From positions 1,922,001-1,986,000 of the forward strand of contig CAKKNE010000001.1 in assembly GCA_918797485.1 (NCBI GenBank): a DNA stretch of 64,000 nt, read 5' to 3'. Shown here piece after piece: positions 1-10,528 of this stretch; positions within the stretch are counted from its first letter, which is position 1, and every line of letters begins with the position of its first letter. The DNA is from Pelagomonas calceolata. Lineage: Eukaryota. A model generated the notes under the pieces. It worked only from the letters and a program-made list of their open reading frames with translations, had not been told where the DNA came from and did not search any database. The position numbers and the translations under genes are program-made.

Positions 1-275
1 GCTTGCTATCATCAAAACGGCGCGCGTCTTTCAATTTGGCCACGGCCGCCTCCACCTGGCCGTTGTCTTCATTTTGTTTCGGCTTCGACCGCATGCGTGC
101 CAGGAGGGAGCTCATTGTTGTTGTCTCCTGTGCTGATCTCAGCGGTGCGCGTCGACTGGCGTGAAAGTGCTACCAGCTGGTCCAGGCGGTTGTCTGGGCT
201 TCCTCTGGTGACTTTGGACCTCAGAACGATTCGTAGGCGATGCAAAGCCGCCGCAAAGCCACGAAAGTTGCTTGC

Positions 276-299
276 GCTAGTGTGTCACAGGACGCTAGC
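276..299 (-). promoter_or_regulatory. Copy of recurrent CTAG-bracketed upstream motif
   Basis: gctagtgtgtcacaggacgctagc (reverse complement GCTAGCGTCCTGTGACACACTAGC), about 210 nt upstream of ATG 512. Confidence 0.55.
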
Positions 300-511
300 T
301 TCGCGGCCTGGGCTAACCTTTTTGCGGGCTGTATCGCGGCAAACCAGGTCGCGTTTCACTGTCAGCGCTGCTTCGACACTCCTACGGTGCCACCTGAACG
401 CGCCGGACGAGCGCTGTACGCCACAGGAGAGCTCGCAGCCCCAATTCACCTCTCAGCCAAAACCAGTCCATTGCAAGGCGGGGATACGCTCACAAACTAA
501 AAAAGGAAAAA

Positions 512-1195
512 ATGCCCCGCGTCGCGAGAATACGAGTCCCAATCTACCAGGAGACGGGCAAGCACACCCTGTACCGAATAGAAGTGACGACGGACGACGG
601 CCGAACTAGAAAGGTAGAGCGCCGCTACAGAGACGTACTAAGGTTCCACGGCACGCTCTGTAGGGCCGCCCCGCACCCGAAACTGGAACAATTCGACTTC
701 CCGCACAAGAGCATATTAAACACGAACGCGGAGTTCACGAAGGAACGAAGGAGATCAGGCTTCGAAGCGTACTTCGCCCTGCTGTTGTCGCTGGGCCCGA
801 ACTACGCGCCCTTCGTCGAGACCTTCCTCAAGGCCGACGAGCGGGCTTTAGATGATTCGGGCCACTCGCGGCCGGCGACACCAACACCTGTTGCAGCACA
901 ACCGGCGGTCGTCTTCGACGACGACGAGGACGACGACGACAGTACCATCGCCATCCAGCAACCACCACTAGTTCTAGAAAAGCCGCGGTCGCTGACGCAC
1001 TGGGCGCTGTGCTTCTACCTACCGGTGGCCTTAGTGACCTACGCGCACTGCTGCGTCCTCACGTTGTTAGGAGCTCTCCACACAGAGGACTGGTCGAAGG
1101 GCCAGGCCTGGCTCGCCGTCCTATCGGCGCCGCTCGTGCTCTGTGTGGCTTTGGCATTACTGGCGCCGGCCGTCGACGACTCCGAGGAGTACTAA
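512..1195 (+). CDS. PX (phox homology) domain protein with two C-terminal TM helices
   Basis: HTLYRIEV..VERRYRDVLRFH..FPHK..KERRRSGFEAYF is a PX signature; hydrophobic C-terminus. Confidence 0.85.
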   Translation: MPRVARIRVPIYQETGKHTLYRIEVTTDDGRTRKVERRYRDVLRFHGTLCRAAPHPKLEQFDFPHKSILNTNAEFTKERRRSGFEAYFALLLSLGPNYAPFVETFLKADERALDDSGHSRPATPTPVAAQPAVVFDDDEDDDDSTIAIQQPPLVLEKPRSLTHWALCFYLPVALVTYAHCCVLTLLGALHTEDWSKGQAWLAVLSAPLVLCVALALLAPAVDDSEEY

Positions 1196-1200
1196 TGTAG

Positions 1201-1941
1201 TTAATCCCACGATTCTCTAGACGCTTTGACCCGATCGAAGGCGGAAAACCGCCGCGCGTCGCCAGCGTGGACCATCGAATCGATCTCCCGCGGGTCCTTC
1301 TCGACAAAGTGCCGCCGCGTCTCCGTCACGAAGCGGTTGTCCTCGCCCAAGGCGATGGCGTCGGCGACGTTGTGCGACCGGAAGAGGTCCTGCCTCGTTC
1401 TAGAAGCCGGTGGCCGGTGGCCCGTGCCGTGATTCTTGTGCGCGTCGCGCATTTGCGTCACGAAGCGATCTTCTTCGCTGTCGGATCTAAAAATGCGCGT
1501 GTGGAACTGGAGGTCCTTGGACGTGAGGCGCATCTGGGGCGTCACGCACGTCGGGCCCGCGCGCCCGGAAGGTTGTCTATGCTTCGGCCGCGCGCCGTGC
1601 GCTCGCAACGTCTCCGCGTAATTCCTATCAGTCGTCGACGTCAGCGCTTTCTCGGTCACATGCGGTGCAATAGACGACCGCTGCAGCATCTCCGTGCTCA
1701 GCGTCGGCTTCTCCGCGTTCCTCGAGACAACAGGAGCGTCGAACGCCGCTTGCGACTGTGACTTATAGTCCCTGGGCGCCCACTCGGGGTGCTGCGCGAA
1801 GGGCTCGTGGCGCTGCAAGGCCGCTGACTTCTTGATGCCCCGCGTTTCCTTGGGGAAGGCCTTGCGCAGGCCCGCCCTTGGCACCGGTGGGGCCGGTGTC
1901 GGGGCATTCGCCTGCTTGAGGACGTCGCCGAGCGACGGCAT
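1201..1941 (-). CDS. Hypothetical protein, possibly a ciliary microtubule-inner protein with Mn-like motifs
   Basis: Start placed at MPSLGDVLK (A-rich context) inside ORF 1201..2427; repeated S/T-x-x-x-x-x-F/Y/H motifs. Confidence 0.6.
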   Translation of the reverse strand: MPSLGDVLKQANAPTPAPPVPRAGLRKAFPKETRGIKKSAALQRHEPFAQHPEWAPRDYKSQSQAAFDAPVVSRNAEKPTLSTEMLQRSSIAPHVTEKALTSTTDRNYAETLRAHGARPKHRQPSGRAGPTCVTPQMRLTSKDLQFHTRIFRSDSEEDRFVTQMRDAHKNHGTGHRPPASRTRQDLFRSHNVADAIALGEDNRFVTETRRHFVEKDPREIDSMVHAGDARRFSAFDRVKASRESWD

Positions 1942-2334
1942 TTTTGTTGTTGGTGGCGCGGCGGCGGCGTCGAGCGTGTTCACCGCCCAACTGTTGTTGG
2001 GCTGCCCCTTGACACTCGCAGTGCCAACCGTTGCATGCAATGCCTGCCACCAACTGGCAGGCCGTGTGCGACCTTGGAGACGTCCTTCGGGCGACGCCAC
2101 CGCTCCCGCCGGGCACCGGGAAGAGTCCTGCGTTTTCGGGCTTAAGTGTCGGGTTCGGAGCAAAGCAGACCTGGACAGAGCGCGCTGATCGCTTCCGCCG
2201 CGCGCGCGCACAGTCGTCGGCGCCAGGCCCCGCCATCGCCTCCTACGGCCGCTCCGCTCGCCGCGCAGCCGCTCCGAGGCAGCCCGAGCTTCGGCATAAC
2301 ACAGTCCCAAAAAGCAAGCTAGGAGCAGCGCAAG

Positions 2335-3303
2335 ATGAACCCCTCCGCCAAGCCGGACATGGAGTGCGGCTGCTGCCCGGGTGGATGCGATGAATGCTGC
2401 GACTGTTGTTTTGTAAGACAAAACCACATCTTCTTCTCGATCTGCCTGCCCATCCTCTGCGTCGTCTGGATCATCCTCTTTGTCGTTTTTGCAGCAGTAT
2501 ATTTTCCCGTGGGGATGATCCTCATCTTCTACATCGCCGGGCCGGTCACCATCGTCACCTCGATCACGGCCTGCTGCTGCCTATGCTTCTGCCAGAAAAG
2601 ACAAGACGAGCAGGCCCCGAAGCCGACGGTCCGCAGCGTCCAGTACGTGCAGCAGCAGCAGCCCGTGGCACAGCCGACCGTCCACTACGTGCAGCCGACG
2701 CCGCAGCAGTACGCGCCGCAGCGCTACCAGCCCGTGTCGCATGCCGTCGTGGTCCAGCCCCAGCAGTACCAGCCGCAGCCGCCGCCGCCGCCCATCGTGA
2801 GGATGCCGCAGCCCGCCCCGCCGCCGCCGCCGCAGTACGTGGCCGCCGAGGCGACGGTGGTGGAGGCCGCCCCGGAGGGCGCCAACGTCATCGAGATGGC
2901 GCCCGTGGCCGTGTGGCAAGGCAAGAGCGGGTGGGACGCCGCCGGGCTCGTCGCCGCGCTGCGGGCCGCGCCCCCGGGGCACAAGGCCCCGGCCGTGATT
3001 TCGCACTGCATGCGCCACACGGATCAGCCGCAGCCGCTGCCGGGGGACCTGGCGCTCGTCTTCGACTCGCTGGCGCTGGCGACGGACGCCGTCGAGGTCG
3101 CCGACGCCTTGGCCAAGAACGTCGACCTGACGGCTGAAGCGGCCGCTGCTGCGGTCAACGCGGCGCCGTCGTTGGCGCGCGCCGACGTCGCGAACAAGTT
3201 CGCCTCGAGTCTCAGTGGAGCGGCGAAGGCCCAGCTCGTGGCGAGCGTCCCGGGCCTGTCGCCGCGCGCGCCTTCCAAGGGGGGCGGCTTCGAGTACTTC
3301 TGA
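2335..3303 (+). CDS. Membrane protein: Cys-rich N-terminus, 2 TM helices, Pro/Gln-rich linker, helical C-terminal domain
   Basis: 322-aa ORF with strong GC3 bias and hydrophobic segments. Confidence 0.75.
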   Translation: MNPSAKPDMECGCCPGGCDECCDCCFVRQNHIFFSICLPILCVVWIILFVVFAAVYFPVGMILIFYIAGPVTIVTSITACCCLCFCQKRQDEQAPKPTVRSVQYVQQQQPVAQPTVHYVQPTPQQYAPQRYQPVSHAVVVQPQQYQPQPPPPPIVRMPQPAPPPPPQYVAAEATVVEAAPEGANVIEMAPVAVWQGKSGWDAAGLVAALRAAPPGHKAPAVISHCMRHTDQPQPLPGDLALVFDSLALATDAVEVADALAKNVDLTAEAAAAAVNAAPSLARADVANKFASSLSGAAKAQLVASVPGLSPRAPSKGGGFEYF

Positions 3304-3336
3304 ATTCACAGACCAGTAACTTAGACAACAATAATA

Positions 3337-5156
3337 TCAAGCCCGCTGCGCGAGCCACAGCTTCGACGCCGTCCGGCCCCCGAAGACCCGGACGAGCCGC
3401 GGCGGGAGTTTTTTAGCGAGCGCGTGCACGTACCACCGCGTCGCCGCGCGGCACCGCGATACTAAGTGAGAGAACCGCACCGGCCGCCCGAGGCGCCGCA
3501 ACGCGTCGGGCAGCCAGGCGTCGACCAAGGATAAGTCGAAGACGCCGCACCGCGCCTGCGCGCCTCTAAATAGAAATGCGATGCGGATGAGGGGAAAGGC
3601 CTCCTGCGTGGACATCAAACTTCAGCGCCCCACGCCATCGACGCGACGTTCATTTCTACGCAGGCTTCGACCGGGCTGTTCCGCCGGAAGCCGTCCCTCG
3701 CGAGTAACGAGCGGTCCACATCATATAAGTTGACGCCGGCGAGCGGCGTCCACCGCGTATCAAAATACGTGTACGAGATCAACGCCCAGAGCGCCACGGA
3801 AGGATTCTCGAGCTCGGCGATGCCCGAGGCCTCGATGGTCCGCGCGAGCCCCTCGGCGTCGCCGCGCGCCATGCAGACGACGCACTCCGCACAAGAATCG
3901 ACCTTGTCTGGGGGGAGGACCTTCGTCTGGCCCCAGTCGAGCAGGCCGACGCGGCCGTCCTCCAAAAGTACGACGTTGCCCGGGTGCGGGTCCGTGTGGA
4001 ACTCGCCTTGGCGAAAAATCTGCGCGCCCCAGCACTTATGTAAAGTAGCGTAGAGGCGGCGCCAGGAGCCGAATCTTTTCGCTTGGGGGCGCGGCAGCGC
4101 GGCCGTCGACTCGCGAAACACATCTAATAACTGCGGGCCCGCGAGCCATTCGCACGTGAGGACCCTCTCACTACACAAATGGCGGACCGGCGCCGGCGTC
4201 GTGATAAAATTGCGGAAATCTTTTTGAATGAGTTGCGAGAACCTGTCCAGCTTCGAGAGCTCTATCCTAAAATCGAACTCATCCTTCACGAGCTCGCGGT
4301 AGGCGGCGACGACCGACGGCAAATCTAGCCCGGCGTCCATCTTGAGGGCTTTCAGTAATACAGCCTGGCGGTACATCGCGTCGACGTCTTTACTAAATTG
4401 CCGTCGTCGGCCGAGCCCGACCTTGACCGCCACCGGAGTCCCATCCACTGAAGCCCTATGAACTTGCGCGACCGACGCCGTCGCCACCGGTTCGTCGTCC
4501 CATTCATCGAAGGCGTCCGCGATCCTCACGCCAAGATCGCGCTCGACGATCCTCCTCACAACTCTAGGATGAACGGGCGGCGCCGCGTCCATGGTCTCCG
4601 CCAGCGCCGCGCACCACGCCGGCGGCATCATCTGCGACCCCGCCGCGGCGACCTGGCCGACCTTGGTGTAGAAGCCTCCTAGGTCCCTAATCATGCGGCG
4701 CGCGCGCTCCGCGCCCCAGGCGTGCTGCGCGTCCCAGGCTTCATGACGTGCCGCGTCGTCGGTCATGGACCGGCAGCGGCGGCGCTTCACTAGGTAGCTC
4801 GCGAGGATGGGTATGATTTTATTGGTGCCCGCCATTTCTCTATGAGTCGCCGGGGCGGTTATCCGTAGACAGGCGGATGCGGCTCGCAGCGCACACGCCG
4901 CCTTCGCGAGCAGCTTGCAAGGTAATGATGTTGTCAGGTACCACGCTGCTGCACACGTCCGCGTCGCTCGTCTTAAAAACCGCGTGGCCTGGCTCGCGTG
5001 CGTTTGGGCGAAGCATTCGCAGAAGGATTCTACTATTGCGAGGAGCAGGGCTGTGCATGCTATTGCTACGACATCCTTTGGAATGCTGATGTCGCGTTCG
5101 CGGTCGCCTAGCGCACTGTGCCGCACTGCTGGCAGTGGTGTGGAGGGCAGACGCAT
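3337..5156 (-). CDS. ABC1/UbiB (ADCK) atypical kinase, 2 exons (intron 3604-3671)
   Basis: LGGFYTKVGQ, VATASVAQVHRA, VAVKV, FHTDPHPGN, LLDWG motifs; splicing joins NSP to EAFPLIRIAFLFRG in frame; start uncertain (5156 or 4835). Confidence 0.88.
3604..3671 (-). mobile_element. 68-nt GT-AG intron of introner type with imperfect terminal inverted repeats
   Basis: GTCGAAGC-CTGCGTAGAAATGAAC...GTTTGATGTCCACGCAG; removal restores the ABC1 frame. Confidence 0.75.
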
Positions 5157-5653
5157 GGTTTTGGTGTGATCAGTCAGCTGCAGTGGGTAATTACTGACTC
5201 GTATACAAGAACTACAGCGCACGCCGCATCCGAGGCCATTGATTTCGCGTGCTTTGGTGTCCCAAAAAGCTGCACTGCGGCGGCGCCTCGAGCCTCCGCG
5301 CGCTCAGCTAAAGCGAGGGGAGCAGCAGGGGTCCGGACGATTCGCAGCGGAGCAGTACACGGCTGCTCTGAATTAAACGAATTAGTTTCAACTTGTGCGA
5401 ATCCAACTCTGAAAGACTTCATTTATTCTCAGGCGCTAGCTGGTGTCAACGAGCGCGGGCGAGCAAAAGCTGTGAACAATTGCTTATTTTCCTCAGCGAA
5501 CGCGTAGAAGGCGTCTGCGCTGCGCGTACGCGCGTTTTTGGGGTCCCAGAGACATGAGCTGCTGAGGAGATCCGCACATTAGGGCGCAAAGACGCGGCGG
5601 CGTCGAGCGTAGGAACTCGCAGCGCACCGCGCATCACTGTACATAAATAAACG

Positions 5654-8475
5654 ATGGGCGTCTCGAAGTTCCACGCCTGGCTGGTGGAACAATTCGGCAG
5701 CGCGGCCTCGGACGCGCGCGGGAGGGCCTTGGCGGCGGACCACGTGGTCGTGGACATGACCAGCGTCGTCCAGAGCGCGGCGCGGCGCTGCAAGAGCGGG
5801 CGAGAAGCTGTGAAGCGGGTCGTCGGTAGGGTGGAAAGCATCTTTACGTCCTCGAAGACGGCGACGACGCACTCGGTCTGTCGGGCGCGCACGTCCGTGG
5901 GCTTCTTCCTCGACGGGCCGCTGCCGCGAGCGAAGGTCGTTACGGTACGGCAGAGACGGTTGAAGGCCAAGGATGGGGTCCGCGCCGACGGGCTCGTCAC
6001 GGAACGGGGTGCAAGACGGCCGTCGCCGAACCGCATCCCGCCCTTCGACGTCCTCGAGATCTCGCCGGGCACGGATTTTAGCGAGCGGCTCGCGGAGGCG
6101 CTCGGGCAGTGGGCCGAGAAGAGAACAAGACGGAACGCGGCCGCGCGCCAGGGCTTCGACGAGGTCGTCGTGTCCGACGCGAGCGTGCCGGGCGACGGCG
6201 AGGTCAAGTGCGTCGAGTACCTAGATGCCTGTGCGAGAGAAGCCGCGAGGAGCGGCGACCCGCGGCCGCGCGACGTTGTTTTGTATGGAGGCGACGTGGA
6301 TCTCGTCGTCATGGCGCTGTGTCGAGCCCAGCCGGGCCCGGGGCCCGTCTTCGGCCCGCACGTCCGGTCGATCTTAGTGCTGTCGGACGCCGGGCGCGTT
6401 TTGGATGTAGGCGCTTTGGCCGATGCGCTATGTGCGCGCGTCGCGAGGAAGAACGACGAGGAGGACCCGACGCTTGAACGAAGGCAGGTCGCTTTGGATT
6501 TTGCGACGCTCGCCGTCGCGGCCGGCGGCAACGACTACTTACCTCCACTCAGTGTAGCATCGCATGCGTTGTGGGACGCCTACAAGGCCCAGGACCGAGC
6601 GTTGTACGACGAAACGTCTGGAAAAGTGGATCTAGAAGTCCTCGGCAGTCTACTGGAGGACCGGCATGTACCCGCGTCGCGCGATCTCGGCACCGCGGCC
6701 CTGGTTTCGGCCCAAACTTGGACACGATCTCCGAGGGATACCCTCGACCGTATTGAGAAAGAAACACATCACTCCGACCACGACACACCAGAAATTGAAG
6801 GGCGCCTGAACGTTGATTTCCACACAGGCACGACGCCGCGACGATCGACGAGAAGAGGCGACGCGTCGCGGAGGACGCTCGGAGTCATACTCGCACGAAA
6901 GACGGGCGGCCGGCGGCGCCTCGGGCGTTAGAACTAGCTTTGCTGCGGAAAGCAGATAGGGTTGGCGTGCGGGTCTTGGCGCCGCGCGACTTCGGGGCCG
7001 TTACTTCTGGTGCAGCTACTTTGTTATACAGAGTGGAGTGGCGGCCCGTGCCCGTCCAGCCGCGCGATTCCGATGATTCAATACCTCGTAGAAGAACGCC
7101 GCCGCCAGTCAGTACGGCGCCTTGGCGCGTGGCCATCGGGGCTGATGGTTCGAGGCTGAATCGCGTGGAGCTGAGGCACGTCGATCCGAGGGTGGAGATC
7201 CGGGCGCCGGCGGGCGGCGGGCCGCTGGAGGTGCGGTGTCGCGCGAGGAATCACATCGGGTGGGGCCGGGCGCGGACGACGCGACTGAAACGAGATCCGA
7301 GGTGGTGCGTACAACAGTGCCCCCAAGGGCAAAGGTGTACAAACCCCCAGTGCGTCCACGCCCATGAAATCCGACACCTGGCCGAGGAGTGGCCGAGAGC
7401 GGGCAGCGCGCGGCCTCCCCAAGCGAGCGGCGTCTGGGCTCAAAGAACCTTTTCTTCCGTACCACCGAAGGACGAGGAGAGCGATGCGGAGACTTTAGTA
7501 GGTAGTGATGATGAGGTCGTCGCCTGGGCGGAAGGCGAGTGGTTACAGACCCTCGAGTGGTGTGTTACGACGTACGCGCGAGGGCACTGTCGGGACTTTT
7601 CGAGGAGGTATGCTCGACCAGCAGCTCCACCCCCAGAAGCTCTGATTGGTTATTGTTCTTCCATGCGAGGGGTCGATCGAGATACTACTACTGATGAATA
7701 TGTACCCCCGCCGCCCCCTGCTGAATCGCTAGCTTGTTTATTACCTGGAAGAAGGGCAGCACACTTACTCCCATTAGTGTTGAGGCCTTTGTTTGAGGAC
7801 GGCTCGCCCGTCGCCGACGCGTGGCACGGCGCGGTGGCGGACGTGCCCTTAGATCGCATACTGGAAGCGGCGGCGGCTCTCAGAAGAGCAGCGCCGCCCG
7901 AACTCGACGCCGCGGCACCGTCGGCCTTCGGCGCCGTCGTGAGGTACCGGGCGTCGCCCTACACGGGTCTGGTGGACGTCGACGTCTGTCCCGCGGCGGA
8001 AGGCCGGCAGCACTACGACAGCATGCCGCCGCGCGGCGCGCCGCCGCCGCGCGGCGTCTTCTACGATCCGAACCAGGGCGGGCAGTACGTCGACCCGAGT
8101 CAAGCGTACATGGTGCCGCAGTACGCGCGGCACTACCCGGGCCACTACTACGCGGCGCCCATCCCGCTCGCGCCGATTCCCAGCGACGCGGGCTCGTCGG
8201 GGCCTCCCTCACCACCGTCGCCTCGACGAACTAGACGGCCGCGGCGCCGCGGGTCGCCGCGCGACTCGCCCGTCGCCGACGACGACGAGGCGGAGACGGC
8301 CGCGCCCACCACGGAAGCGTCGACGGCGAGCGTGCCGCCCCAAGCGCCGCGCGACCAGACGCGCTGCCGCTTCTTCTTTTCGGCCCGGGGCTGCAAACGG
8401 GGCGCGGGCTGCTGGTTCCTGCACTCGGACGAGGCCGCCGAGCCCGAGGCTGAGGACGAGTCGAAGCAAAAGTGA
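5654..8475 (+). CDS. XRN-family 5'-3' exoribonuclease-like protein with FnIII-like and CCCH zinc-finger modules, 2 exons
   Basis: MGVSKFHAWL, VDMTS, LDGPLPRAK, ISPGTDF, VPGDGEVK, LYGGDVDL, GNDYLP; second XRN block WLQTLEWCVTTY..ESLACLLP in ORF 6940..8475; intron ends at 6827. Confidence 0.85.
6664..6827 (+). mobile_element. Introner-like intron in the XRN gene (donor uncertain: GC at 6664 or GT at 6676)
   Basis: Acceptor TTGATTTCCACACAG matches the ends of the other introns; a phase-2 splice is needed to join the two ORFs. Confidence 0.6.
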
Positions 8476-8565
8476 AGTGGCGCGGCCCCCAGGGTCGCGC
8501 CCATAATTAAGAGAGAATTGTACTATTCGATAGAGAAGAGGATGAAAACGGGAGGATGATGAGAG

Positions 8566-10125
8566 CTACTTCTTCGACCGGTCGTCGACGTGCATGTGCA
8601 GGACCGGGGCCTTCTCGTCGGACGTGATGCGCACCTCCGTGTCCGCCGGTTTTTGTTTTTGCGCCACGAGGTACTGCGTGAGGTCCACGCCCATGGCCTT
8701 CAGCTTCTCGAGGTAAAACATCTCGTCGTCCGTCGTCGCCTTGGCCGAGGCGCGGCGCTCGTCGGAGCGCGTGCGCTCGATGTCGAGGTCCAATTTATTG
8801 GTCGTCACCTCGGCCTCCTTCTCCTTGAGGTGTCGGTCGACCCTCCTTAGTGATTTCATGTCCTCGATGTCCTGCTCTTTGACGGCTGTCTCCTTTTCAA
8901 TCTTCAGCTTCGTCTCGTCGACGAGGTTCTGCTTGAGCATCGCGTCGATGTCGCGGCTGAAGCCGTAGCCCCGGTACGTGACTTTTGATACTTTGTAGCC
9001 GATCTGGTCGGCGCGTTGCGTCGACTGCTTGAACATCTTCAGATCATTCAACTCGTGGGTCCGCTCCTTGAGCTGGTCGAGCGTGCACTTCGAGACGAAC
9101 TCCGTGAGATCCGCCGTGATGGACACCTTCAGATCGGTCACAGGATCGTGCGTGCTATTCAGTAATTTCTCGACGTCAACCAACTGCATGAAGACCATGA
9201 CGTCCATGGAGACCTCCGCGTTGTCGAAGGATCGCAGTCGAGGTATGGTCACCTCCACCTGGTCCGGGAGTGTCTTGAGGACGTTGAACCGGCCGCGCTC
9301 GCCGTGGAGCGCCGACGTGGCGCTCCACTTGAACTCGTGGACCCACTCGTTCGACGCGGGGATGTGCACCGTCGGGCCCGTGACGACGCGCCTCTTTATA
9401 TTACTCTCCGTCCGCAGATACGACACGATGTGCTCGTTCGCGTCCAACATAATGCAGCGCTTGACGGCGATGCTCCGATGCTTCGTCGGGTCGAACCAGA
9501 CGTTCGCCGGCCCGGGGATGTGTTCCGTGTTGCCCTCCTTGTCGACGATCACGAGGTAGCGAATCGCGTCGGCGATGTACTCCCTCATGAACTCAATCTG
9601 GTCGCCCAGGAGCCGCTTCTTGGCCGGACCGACGACGACCTCGGCGCGGCCGTCCGGCTTCCAGACGATGGCGCGCTGGCCGTCGCGGACCGTGATCGAG
9701 TCGAACCAACCGAGCGCCGGCGACGTCTTCGCTCCTGACGTCTTGGCTCCTGGCGACGACGCCGGAACCGGCGGACCGGACCGGTGGCCTTGACGAAGAA
9801 GGTGGACGGGCGCCTCCGCGACCAAGACCGCGACGGGCTTCCCGACCGGCGCCTCGCCGCCCGCCGGCACGAGGATCTTCGAGACGTAGCCCTCCTCGCC
9901 CATGTGCTCCCACGAGATGCTCGCCTTGTCCGTGTCGACGTCGGCGAGCGTGTCGCCCTCTTCCACGTAGTCGCCCTCGGCCTTGTGCCAGGCCGCGATC
10001 GTGCCGGCCTCCATCGTCGGAGATAATGCGGGCATCACCAGCGTCTGGCGGCCCGCCGCGAACCAGCGCGCCGCTCCCAGGCGGCGCGCCGCGTGGCGCA
10101 GGTGGAGCATGCGCGTTGCGAGCAT
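8566..10125 (-). CDS. Mitochondrial presequence + lipoyl domain + MVP(vault)-like repeats + SPFH/Band-7-like domain + coiled coil
   Basis: Arg-rich, acid-free N-terminus; MPALSPTMEAGTI..VDTDKA lipoyl motif; three ..GP repeats; SFDNAEVSMDVMVFMQLVD..THDP SPFH-like segment. Confidence 0.8.
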   Translation of the reverse strand: MLATRMLHLRHAARRLGAARWFAAGRQTLVMPALSPTMEAGTIAAWHKAEGDYVEEGDTLADVDTDKASISWEHMGEEGYVSKILVPAGGEAPVGKPVAVLVAEAPVHLLRQGHRSGPPVPASSPGAKTSGAKTSPALGWFDSITVRDGQRAIVWKPDGRAEVVVGPAKKRLLGDQIEFMREYIADAIRYLVIVDKEGNTEHIPGPANVWFDPTKHRSIAVKRCIMLDANEHIVSYLRTESNIKRRVVTGPTVHIPASNEWVHEFKWSATSALHGERGRFNVLKTLPDQVEVTIPRLRSFDNAEVSMDVMVFMQLVDVEKLLNSTHDPVTDLKVSITADLTEFVSKCTLDQLKERTHELNDLKMFKQSTQRADQIGYKVSKVTYRGYGFSRDIDAMLKQNLVDETKLKIEKETAVKEQDIEDMKSLRRVDRHLKEKEAEVTTNKLDLDIERTRSDERRASAKATTDDEMFYLEKLKAMGVDLTQYLVAQKQKPADTEVRITSDEKAPVLHMHVDDRSKK

Positions 10126-10309
10126 CGAGCACGTGCGGAGCCGCCTTGTGCTTTATGTATGTATGTACAGGCTGCCCAAGCGACCTGTTGCAGCCGTTCC
10201 CGTGGGGGTCCGCGCGGCCGGACCTCGCCGCTGGTGCAAGCGCGCTGTGCCGCGCCCAAATCCTCCGGAACGCCGCAGTTGGGAGTTGGAAGCAATCTTG
10301 GGAGATTTC

Positions 10310-10332
10310 CTAGTGTCTTACCGGCAGCTAGC
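10310..10332 (-). promoter_or_regulatory. Copy of recurrent CTAG-bracketed upstream motif (divergent promoter)
   Basis: ctagtgtcttaccggcagctagc between ATG 10125(-) and ATG 10529(+). Confidence 0.6.
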
Positions 10333-10528
10333 TGATTATATGCCCGGTTTCGTTTTTTATCAAAATCCGAGCCCTTTTTGCTACTGGTGGCGCACTCTGG
10401 CAGCCATTACGGGACAGTGCTAGACCCATACTTATCGACGCCGCAACCTAAGCAGCGCGCAGCGGCACGGGACGGCAACAAATCCATAAAGCTTTACCCG
10501 GTCCCCGCATAGCAGGACGCCGCGCACC

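Noticed and set aside
97..609. ORFs 97..609 and 240..500
   Set aside because: No motifs or codon bias; they overlap the upstream motif and the PX gene
5446..6531. Long antisense ORFs (also 2581..3309, 27126..28082, 53737..54495 and others)
   Set aside because: Shadow ORFs expected opposite GC-rich genes that have clear motifs on the other strand
6828..6940. Apparent frameshift or pseudogene in XRN (similarly ABC1, fucosyltransferase, kinesin, CRY-DASH)
   Set aside because: Explained by short introns that restore the frame
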